From: an uncultured Gammaproteobacteria bacterium
GTDB lineage: Bacteria > Patescibacteriota > Microgenomatia > UBA8517
Reading direction: 5' to 3'
NCBI GenBank assembly: GCA_964583685.1
Contig: CAZOVJ010000002.1
Span: 277,862 to 341,861 of the forward strand
DNA length: 64,000 nt
Numbering within the stretch: position 1 is the stretch's first letter; each line of letters opens with the position of its first letter. The position numbers and the translations under genes were made by a program. Below the pieces are notes generated by a model. It was given only the letters and a program-made list of their open reading frames with translations, was not told the origin of the DNA and did no database searches. Below, piece after piece: positions 56,726 through 64,000 of the stretch.

Positions 56726-56893
56726 TGCACATCGTGAATAACATTAGAACAATACTTCAAGAGACAACTGAGTATGTTTACATCCCCGATGTCTGCCCAC
56801 AACAAGTGTAATTATAAAGAATTTACCTCACTAAATTCTAGTATGCCGTTAACTTCTAGATGCAACCTAAAGCCTGCTTACATCTTATCCTTT

Positions 56894-59131
56894 TTAACTT
56901 GCAGAGAAAGGAGATTTACTATCCAATATCGCTCTCCTTATAGAAAGTGGCAGGTTGTAAGTCATATTAAAAGCCCAATACTCAAGTAATTTACCTTCTC
57001 CTCCAAATACAGGCACAGTGTCAACTATTTTTGACACATAGTAATCACCGAGAAGAAGAGACATATCGTTATAGTAAGAGAACATCTCTAGTGGAGCAAA
57101 GATATTCCCTATAACTCTCCATGGTGCTGAAACAGCCCCTAAAGCTCGACTGAAAAGTAACTTACTATCTCTATTCTTAACGATATGTGGCATTTCAGAA
57201 GCGAGTTGAGCTAAAACATAAGCCTCTCTTAGGATGCCTGAAGGAGATATTGGATTTAATGCCGCAACTCCTAAAGGAAGGAAATCGCTAGTTGATAAAC
57301 CATAAGCAGCTAACACCAGGTAGAGAGTTTTTGAGACTGCTTCTGTGCCAACCGTAAAACCTAAATCTCTAATAAACCCCTGCATTCTTTTTTCTCCGAC
57401 CTGTTTTATCAACTCTTCCGCTTGTTCTGGTGTAACAATGCCTCTTTCAAGTTGGGAACTGACTATATCACCAAGCCAATCTTCTCTATATTTTCTATCA
57501 ACGAATAAACGAGCTGGTTGAACTATTAGTTTTCGAACCAGTTCTGTGCGAGTCTCTGAGTCCGTTGCTAGCCGATGTAAACCCTTTGGTTGCCAACTTA
57601 GGAACAATTTATCGGCTAAATATCTTGGGGTAGAAACAGTAAGAGATGTTGCTCTTTCCGTGGTTATTCGTTGTTGACCTTCCCACCCAAGAAGATCGTT
57701 GTATTTACTAATATCAATTACTTCTCTTAAATAACCTGGTTTTCTTAAAATGTTATTCAAATGTTGTCTATATCTTTCATTTCCCAAAAGACGCATCAAC
57801 GGCTGTCCTACCATAGGTGTATTGTCCAGGATGAGGTAAGGTAAATATCTTTTCGACCCGTCTCTTAATTGTGTTGCTTCTGCCTCTGAGACCTTACCAA
57901 GCCTCTGCCAATCACCGATAGTTGCTTTCCTAACTTTTTCTTGAAGTTCCTTGTCTTTTAGAATTCGTGTTCTCATATGCCATAAATTAGGCAAGCCGCT
58001 TCTATACCTTTCATCATCCTCTTTCAGTCGTTGTATTAAACCATCGACAGAACTAAACGATTCTGTATGCGCTGCAAGATAAGAATCTAGTTTCTTAAAA
58101 TCTACCTCGTCAAAGTGAGCAAAAACGCCTCTTTTTAATCCATCAAATATAATTCTTGCATGAACGGGTGAAAGAGGAAGGAAAAAAGGAACAGCTAAAC
58201 CTGGCTGGCAATCAACTGCCGCAAATTCTGAAAGACCAGTTTTTTGATCATTTCTGGTTAAAACATTTGCTTGAGAAACGAGAGTATACCACTCGTATTG
58301 CCGAGCAAGTCCCAAAGCACCAATATCATGGCACACCCTTACTAGATCGTCCATAAAAACTCTCTTACGCCTCATTTCTGAATCAGGATGTTCTCTTGTT
58401 TTTCCTAACAACCTTAAAACCATTTTGTCATCAGCTTCGTATCGTGAACTCCTTCCGTTAACCCATTCGTGAACTCCAGCAAAACTTCCAACTTCGCTAT
58501 CCCAGTAATATCCAAATGGTTTTGCTACCGCAGAATCTGTTCCAAGTTCAATGTTTGTGGCTACCCGAAGAAGTTGCTGCCATATAAGCGCCGATCTTAA
58601 AGCCTCTTCTCTCAATCGAGGGGTAAAAGAAGCCTGATAGCTTAACTTAAAAAGTAAATCACGGAAAGCCTCTTTCCATTTGCTTTTTGGTCTTAGTACC
58701 TTGAGTGCGACAGGATTTTTGTCTCCATCTTCTTTAGAAGCATCATAGATTACGCCTTTCTCAGGCATTGCTCGGTAAACTTGACCAGCAAACCCACTTC
58801 CTGGACTTGTTTCTATGTTAAATCGCTCTATACCCAAGCCGTTACCATCTAAGGCACGAACATTTGCCTCAACATTTTCACCAATAAAATATCCATTTCT
58901 TTTCGGTTTGACTAAAATCTCACCTGATTTAATTCTATTATCAAGTTGGCGTCGAAAAGCAGTTGCTGAATCTTCTGGTGGTTGAGAGGTTGAAGAATAA
59001 ATTAGAACCTCATGAGAGGTAGTATTGAGTTGCACAGAGGGCGTGGCATCTTGTTCAAGTTGGGCAGGCAATTCTGATTGTGGAACTCCTCTTGGAATAA
59101 AACCAGGGGGGTTAATTGCCTCTTTTGACAT
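56894..59131 (-). CDS. Protein-kinase-like fold protein with C-terminal hydrophobic segments
   Basis: GSGFAGQVYRA Gly-loop, PVALKVL, HEWVNG hinge, SQANVL, AAVD. Confidence 0.6.
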   Translation of the reverse strand: MSKEAINPPGFIPRGVPQSELPAQLEQDATPSVQLNTTSHEVLIYSSTSQPPEDSATAFRRQLDNRIKSGEILVKPKRNGYFIGENVEANVRALDGNGLGIERFNIETSPGSGFAGQVYRAMPEKGVIYDASKEDGDKNPVALKVLRPKSKWKEAFRDLLFKLSYQASFTPRLREEALRSALIWQQLLRVATNIELGTDSAVAKPFGYYWDSEVGSFAGVHEWVNGRSSRYEADDKMVLRLLGKTREHPDSEMRRKRVFMDDLVRVCHDIGALGLARQYEWYTLVSQANVLTRNDQKTGLSEFAAVDCQPGLAVPFFLPLSPVHARIIFDGLKRGVFAHFDEVDFKKLDSYLAAHTESFSSVDGLIQRLKEDDERYRSGLPNLWHMRTRILKDKELQEKVRKATIGDWQRLGKVSEAEATQLRDGSKRYLPYLILDNTPMVGQPLMRLLGNERYRQHLNNILRKPGYLREVIDISKYNDLLGWEGQQRITTERATSLTVSTPRYLADKLFLSWQPKGLHRLATDSETRTELVRKLIVQPARLFVDRKYREDWLGDIVSSQLERGIVTPEQAEELIKQVGEKRMQGFIRDLGFTVGTEAVSKTLYLVLAAYGLSTSDFLPLGVAALNPISPSGILREAYVLAQLASEMPHIVKNRDSKLLFSRALGAVSAPWRVIGNIFAPLEMFSYYNDMSLLLGDYYVSKIVDTVPVFGGEGKLLEYWAFNMTYNLPLSIRRAILDSKSPFSAS

Positions 59132-59230
59132 GTTTAATTTTAATTTTCATTCTATGCTTTTAACAGTAAATAATAAAACTTCGGTAATTATACATCTTTT
59201 TGATCAGAAATTGTATAATTGTGTTGAGGT

Positions 59231-59422
59231 ATGCCGAAGATTAAAGACGAATTACCAAAACTCTTAACCATAAAACAAACAGCTGACATTCTAAATGTGC
59301 ATGTAGAGACTTTACGGAGATGGGGCAAAAGCGGAAAACTAAAAGCTATTAGAGTTAATAAACGGGGTGATAGGCGCTATGACCCCAGAGATATTGAAGC
59401 AATACTGAAAAACAAAAAATAA
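59231..59422 (+). CDS. MerR-like / excisionase-type HTH DNA-binding protein
   Basis: LLTIKQTADILNVHVETLRRW...GKL...GDRRY. Confidence 0.88.
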   Translation: MPKIKDELPKLLTIKQTADILNVHVETLRRWGKSGKLKAIRVNKRGDRRYDPRDIEAILKNKK

Positions 59423-59424
59423 AT

Positions 59425-62289
59425 ATGAAATATCCAAAAGGTTCTGAATGGCGAAAGTGGGATCTACATATTCACAGCCCGCTTTCAATCCTAGCCAATA
59501 AATACCCTAAACTGCCAGACGGCAAGCCAGATTGGGAAAAATTCTTAAAAAGCCTTGAAGAGTTGGACATTGCAGTTGTTGGTATAACCGATTACTTCTC
59601 AATAGAAGGATATAAAAAAATCTTAGATTTCAAAAAGGCTGGTAGGTTAAAGAATATCGATCTTATTCTGCCCAATATCGAGTTTAGGTTAAACTGTGTC
59701 ATTGCAAGTAAAAAGGATGGAGCTAAACCAAGACGATTAAATTATCATGTGATCTTCTCGAATGAGGTGTCACCTCAGGACATCGAAGAACACTTTCTGC
59801 ATGACCTTCATTTTTACTATGAGGGCAATCCCCAAAGCAAAGATGAAAGTCGTAAGTTAAAACTTTCCAATTTGAAGGTATTAGGAAATCAACTTATATC
59901 TCAACATGCTCCTTTCAAAGGAAGAGACCCGTTGGAGTTAGGCGCATCAAATGCTGTTGTAAGCCATGAAGAAATAACGGAATTGTTGAGTGGGGATAGT
60001 CGCTTCAAAGGAAAATATCTCCTTGTCCTTCCAGAGGAACTAACAAACTTGATTGACTGGGATGGTCAAGACCATCTTATTCGGAAAGGGCTTCTCCAAA
60101 AATCAGATATGCTGTTTTCCTCTAATCCCAAAACTGTCCAATGGTGTCTTGGGAAACCGCCCTACATGGAAGGAGAGAGAAAATTCAAAAAGGAGTTTAA
60201 GACCTTGAAATCCTGTATCCACGGATCGGATAGCCACTGTATTGATGATGTTGGGATTCCATGTGCCAAAAGGGGTGACCCCAGTCATAAGTGCGACGGA
60301 AAGCCAAATACCTGCGATTTAAGATTCTGTTGGATAAAAGCTGACCCGACCTTTGAGGGACTAAAACAACTTTTGTATGAACCAGAGGAGAGAGTCTCAA
60401 TCCAAACTAATTGCCCAATACCTCCCAGAAGTAATTTAACGATTGTCAAAGTTAAAATTCCAGAGTCGAAAATCAACGATGAGCTGTCCATTGCTAACAC
60501 AGAAATAGAACTTAACCCAGGCTTGGTTGCCGTAGCAGGAGGTAAAGGAACTGGCAAAACCGCCTTCGTTGACCAGATTGCTAACTGTTACTTTAATCGA
60601 GTGGATTCTGGCGATGAGAATTCCTTTGTGAGGAGAATTTCAGATCAGAATCCTGACTTAAAAATCGAATTAACTTTCAAGGATAAATCAACTTTTTCAA
60701 AAAAAGCCACAGACCTATTACTTTTTGAAGAGGGGCAAATTGCTTATATCGCTCAGGGAGAACTAGAACAGTATATTGGAGAAAGGTCGGATCTTGACGA
60801 ATATCTTAATGACTTAATCTTCCAAAGTCCGAAAATACAAAATTCAGTAGAAAAATACGAATTTTCAAAGACTCAAACATCAATAGACGATCTCAGACAA
60901 AAAATTCAGAAGAAGTCAGAATCGATTGAGTTAATAGAGCAAGCAACTAAAACAGAAGCCATTGAAAAGGCAAAAATTAAAGAAAAACAGTCCAAAGCAG
61001 AATTGGAAGATATAACCCAAAGAATCACAGAGCTTGAAAAGAGGCTTAGTGATAAAAAGGTCAAGCTCGCAAAGAAAAAACAAAAAGCAATAGCGAGATT
61101 AAAAAACAGAAGAGACTTGTTTATTAAATTAAAAAAGGAATTAACGCAGGCAATCGACTTCATTGATCAAGAATTTCCAAACTTTAACTCTTACATCTCC
61201 TCTATCAACAAACTGCTCAAAAAGTTAGAAATTCCAGAACCATTTCCCGATTTAGCGTATCCTGACAAGGATAAGTTGCAAGAAAAATTAGATTATATTG
61301 AGCAGGAAATAAACGAGGTAATTAAAAAGATCGGGAAAGCCCAAAAGGACATCGATAAGTTTGAAGCAGGCATACGAACCCACACATCAATGCTTGATAA
61401 AAAGAGAGAGGCTAAAATCACTCTAAATCAAGCTAAGGAGGAAAATAAAAAATTAAAGAAGAAGAAAAAAGAGCTTGCGTCTAAAAGCAAAGAAAGGAAA
61501 AAGTTATTTACCCAGATGGTTACTGCCTTCCTTGAACTGAAGAAAAAGTATGACGAGATTATCTCGCTATTTTCTGTAGACAAGGCACAAGTTCTATCTG
61601 ATCTCGATTTCGTCGCAGAGGTTAATTTTGATTCAAAACAACTACTCAAAAACGCAGAGGACATTGTTGACAACAGGAGAGTTACAGTCAGACCAGAAGA
61701 TGGCGATGACTGGGTATTCAAGGGCTTAGTCGGACTTTATAAGGAAGTTGCAGCTGGCGACGAAACCAAAATTAAAACTTTAACTGACGAGATAGAGCGT
61801 TTGAATAAGGACTTGAAGGATAAGATAAAAACTTCAAGCGCTATAAGTATTGGCGATTTTTATAAATTCCTATACGGCAGCTACCTGGAAGTCATCCCTG
61901 TTGTCAAATACAAGAATACCAGCGTCAATAAGCTCTCGCTGGGGCAAAAAGCGACAGTCCTTATCAAGATTTATTTAGCTGAGGGGGACAAACCTATTAT
62001 CATCGACTCGCATGACGACCATCTTGATAATGAATTCATCATGGACGAGCTTATTTGTTCTATAAGAGAAGCTAAAAAGTATCGACAGATTATCTTAGTA
62101 TCCAATAACGGCAATGTTGTTATAAATAGTGATGCAGAACAGGTCATTTTGGCAAACAGGGACAGCAATGGAAAAATCTCGTATATCTCTGGTTCAATAG
62201 AAGAGCCAAAGATTAGAAATAGAGCGGTTAAGGTATTAGAGGGCGGATCAGAAGCATTTAGGAAACGGCAACAAAAATACAGAATATGA
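59425..62289 (+). CDS. PHP-domain / coiled-coil ABC-ATPase fusion (Ppl/TrlF-like, candidate anti-phage protein)
   Basis: GSEWRKWDLHIHSP, ITDY, GSDSH, WIKADPTFEGL; GGKGTGKT, long coiled coil, LSLGQK, IIIDSHDDHLDN. Confidence 0.85.
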   Translation: MKYPKGSEWRKWDLHIHSPLSILANKYPKLPDGKPDWEKFLKSLEELDIAVVGITDYFSIEGYKKILDFKKAGRLKNIDLILPNIEFRLNCVIASKKDGAKPRRLNYHVIFSNEVSPQDIEEHFLHDLHFYYEGNPQSKDESRKLKLSNLKVLGNQLISQHAPFKGRDPLELGASNAVVSHEEITELLSGDSRFKGKYLLVLPEELTNLIDWDGQDHLIRKGLLQKSDMLFSSNPKTVQWCLGKPPYMEGERKFKKEFKTLKSCIHGSDSHCIDDVGIPCAKRGDPSHKCDGKPNTCDLRFCWIKADPTFEGLKQLLYEPEERVSIQTNCPIPPRSNLTIVKVKIPESKINDELSIANTEIELNPGLVAVAGGKGTGKTAFVDQIANCYFNRVDSGDENSFVRRISDQNPDLKIELTFKDKSTFSKKATDLLLFEEGQIAYIAQGELEQYIGERSDLDEYLNDLIFQSPKIQNSVEKYEFSKTQTSIDDLRQKIQKKSESIELIEQATKTEAIEKAKIKEKQSKAELEDITQRITELEKRLSDKKVKLAKKKQKAIARLKNRRDLFIKLKKELTQAIDFIDQEFPNFNSYISSINKLLKKLEIPEPFPDLAYPDKDKLQEKLDYIEQEINEVIKKIGKAQKDIDKFEAGIRTHTSMLDKKREAKITLNQAKEENKKLKKKKKELASKSKERKKLFTQMVTAFLELKKKYDEIISLFSVDKAQVLSDLDFVAEVNFDSKQLLKNAEDIVDNRRVTVRPEDGDDWVFKGLVGLYKEVAAGDETKIKTLTDEIERLNKDLKDKIKTSSAISIGDFYKFLYGSYLEVIPVVKYKNTSVNKLSLGQKATVLIKIYLAEGDKPIIIDSHDDHLDNEFIMDELICSIREAKKYRQIILVSNNGNVVINSDAEQVILANRDSNGKISYISGSIEEPKIRNRAVKVLEGGSEAFRKRQQKYRI

Positions 62290-62432
62290 CATTTGCTTTA
62301 ATTGTAAGCCCCTGTGTTGACTTCTGTGGGACTTTCCAGCCTCAAGTGACCATATGCCAAGCTCAAATCAGCTTTGGGGGAGATTTGCAAAGGTTAGTGC
62401 CTAGTTTACCCGCCTACAGCTTTTGTCCAGTC

Positions 62433-63029
62433 TTATTTCACCTGGGCAAACTCTCTTCCATCAGGAGTAACACACTTTCTTGGTTCACCAGTTCTTTGAG
62501 AATACTGCTCTGATGAGAGCTGCCCTCTGGCTTCAACACAATCCTCATATGTTTCTACCCATTTGAATCTGTCATTTATTGAAGGGGCAAGATCGCCTCC
62601 AGGAAGAAGTTCTGGGTAGAACATGCCTGGGCAACCATGACTGCAATCATCAAACTTGCCTTCGTTCAGTAAAACTTCAGCCAACTCCCAAGCACTCATT
62701 GTTTGAGAAATCTCATAAGTAGTTTGAGTATTGATGGTGTTGTTGCTAATGCTAATTGCTCCCTCTTGCCCAGGGGTGGCATCTTCGGCATGCCCCAGGG
62801 CATATTTGAAGGCATCCTCGTCTTTGATAAAGCCATAGTAGCGAAGATTGCTGACAACACCCATTAAAGTAGCTTCTTTGCCGATGCGGAATTGAACCAC
62901 TTGGGCATTTTGTCTTGGTGCTTCAAACTTGCTTTGACGAGACTTGGTGAAATAAACGGCAATGCTTGCCAGCAAGACAAGAGCAACAACAATTAGTGGG
63001 ATAGTTGGTAGTTTTTTCTTCATGTTCAT
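62433..63029 (-). CDS. Membrane-anchored protein with YceG/MltG N-terminal-like region and Cys-containing C-terminus
   Basis: AAGGAGGTGA SD, TM helix, NLRYYGFIKDE..F, YEISQTMSAWELAEVL. Confidence 0.7.
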   Translation of the reverse strand: MNMKKKLPTIPLIVVALVLLASIAVYFTKSRQSKFEAPRQNAQVVQFRIGKEATLMGVVSNLRYYGFIKDEDAFKYALGHAEDATPGQEGAISISNNTINTQTTYEISQTMSAWELAEVLLNEGKFDDCSHGCPGMFYPELLPGGDLAPSINDRFKWVETYEDCVEARGQLSSEQYSQRTGEPRKCVTPDGREFAQVK

Positions 63030-63085
63030 TTTAATTTTTCACCTCCTTTCGTTAAGAATTAGCCTTAACTTACTAGAGGTTTCGG

Positions 63086-63115
63086 ATGTTAACTTCCTTT
63101 GGGGGAGATTGTCAA
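63086..63115 (-). promoter_or_regulatory. Sigma70-like promoter for the 63029 gene
   Basis: Minus strand TTGACA-18 nt-TAACAT. Confidence 0.5.
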
Positions 63116-63121
63116 ATCCAG

Positions 63122-63260
63122 GGAAAACAAAAAGCTCCCCACAGCGATGGGCTTACGCCCACCTGCCACCCTTTCGGATGACAGCCTCGACGGCGCTCTG
63201 TGAAGAGCTTATTGCCGTCGAGGTCTTCAATGCCATGCCCTAAAAGGGTTTAGGCAATAT
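63122..63260 (-). ncRNA. Candidate structured, pseudoknotted ncRNA
   Basis: 10-bp stem, 13-bp loop-tail pairing, GAAA and GUAA tetraloop hairpins, G-U pairs only on the minus strand, upstream TGATAAAAT and 3' U-tract. Confidence 0.65.
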
Positions 63261-63387
63261 GCTTGTATTTTATCAATTTAACAATTTTCTTGCCATACCC
63301 CTTAGTTTTGGCTTAAAGACATCATATTTGATAAAATTATCATTAGAAGGCACTTTAGGTGGTGCAATTAAATTACCCGATATTACA

Positions 63388-64000
63388 ATGAGCGTATCGA
63401 ACATAATCCAGCAGGTTATCGAAATCACCAATCAGAAATTGGAAATCTCCCCAAAAAGAGACAAGTTTATTTCTATTTCTTTGTGGGATTTTAGAAATGA
63501 AAAGGGGAACACGATACCAAAAACCGATCTAAAGAAGGTTTTGAGAAAACTAGAGGAAGAGCAGTTAATTAAGTTGATCTTTACTGACCATTTAGACAGG
63601 TTGGGACGACAAGCTGGAGACAAGGTTGAATTTCAAATAAACAGAAACGCCTTCGATAAGTTTTATAGAAAAAACAGAAACCCACAACTTACCTCAAAGG
63701 TATCTCAAACAGCTAAAAATGGAGAAGTGTTCTATGAGGTTTTTTATAGTGAGATGTCCAGAGAGATTGTAGTCAACGGTTTCCAACTGGCAAAACCAGA
63801 TTTCGAGTCAGAAAATGAGCAATTCTTTGCTTATGCGTATAAAAACGCCTACAGAAGAATACCTATTAAAGAAATTGAAGAGAATTATAAGACAAAGTTC
63901 AAAAAGTCTCCACATAGAATCCTGGCTGATTTGGGTTTTACAGGTAGTTTTGCAAAAGCCTTCTTTAGTATATCGAGAAAGGGAGTTTTGTTTAGAAAGA
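63388..64000 (+). CDS. Hypothetical protein (runs off window end)
   Basis: Open frame from ATG 63388 (MSVSNIIQQVIEITNQKLEISP...) with no stop before 64000; not in the ORF track. Confidence 0.7.
   Translation, partial: MSVSNIIQQVIEITNQKLEISPKRDKFISISLWDFRNEKGNTIPKTDLKKVLRKLEEEQLIKLIFTDHLDRLGRQAGDKVEFQINRNAFDKFYRKNRNPQLTSKVSQTAKNGEVFYEVFYSEMSREIVVNGFQLAKPDFESENEQFFAYAYKNAYRRIPIKEIEENYKTKFKKSPHRILADLGFTGSFAKAFFSISRKGVLFRK

Larger units (their letters stand above)
56301..64000. mobile_element. Left part of a putative tRNA-integrated genomic island (continues past window)
   Basis: tRNA 3'-end remnants at 56301-56315 and 56722-56728, then GIY-YIG, excisionase-like HTH, defence-type ATPase and other accessory genes; core-gene synteny ends here. 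No integrase in window. Confidence 0.6.

Noticed and set aside
56774-56989. 71-aa ORF and other short antisense ORFs in the track
   Set aside because: They overlap well-supported genes on the opposite strand or frame and have no motifs.
62406-62435. Possible premature stop or readthrough (VK-stop-DWTKAVGG-stop) in the 63029 gene
   Set aside because: Cannot be supported without homolog alignment.
62286-62513. 75-aa ORF after the PHP-ATPase as a partner gene
   Set aside because: No recognisable motif and it overlaps the convergent gene; the ATGA overlap alone is insufficient.
1-64000. CRISPR array, rRNA, or recoded (code 25) genome
   Set aside because: No regularly spaced repeats or rRNA-like tracts were seen; TGA terminates many clearly full-length genes.

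Overview
A gene-dense, genetic-code-11 bacterial chromosome segment that looks like a Patescibacteria/CPR (Microgenomates-like) genome. This is inferred from gene content: archaeal-type TpiA, class I aldolase, split transketolase, class II RNR, ATP-dependent DNA ligase, standalone 5'-3' exonuclease, DUF5667, and a TraD/VirD4-like ATPase. Bases 1-56290 are mostly core genes: Feo iron uptake, thiol-redox genes, a glycolysis/pentose-phosphate cluster interrupted by a VapBC-type TA pair, two class A PBPs, nrdR-nrdJ-pduO with tandem NrdR boxes, three tRNAs (including tRNA-Ile with a UAU anticodon and an atypical CAU tRNA), trpS, ftsH, DNA repair genes, ion transporters and trxA/trxB/dsbA. From about 56300 the window enters an apparent tRNA-targeted island. 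It carries a palindrome-flanked GIY-YIG cassette between tRNA 3'-end remnants, a kinase-like membrane protein, an HTH plus PHP-ABC-ATPase (Ppl/TrlF-like) operon, and an unannotated ~135-nt pseudoknotted RNA candidate. Other notable signals are in-frame heptamer-plus-hairpin insertions inside housekeeping genes (pgk, recF, ligase) and recurrent -10 boxes about 6 nt before start codons, suggesting leaderless mRNAs. All calls are from motif reading only; no searches were run.
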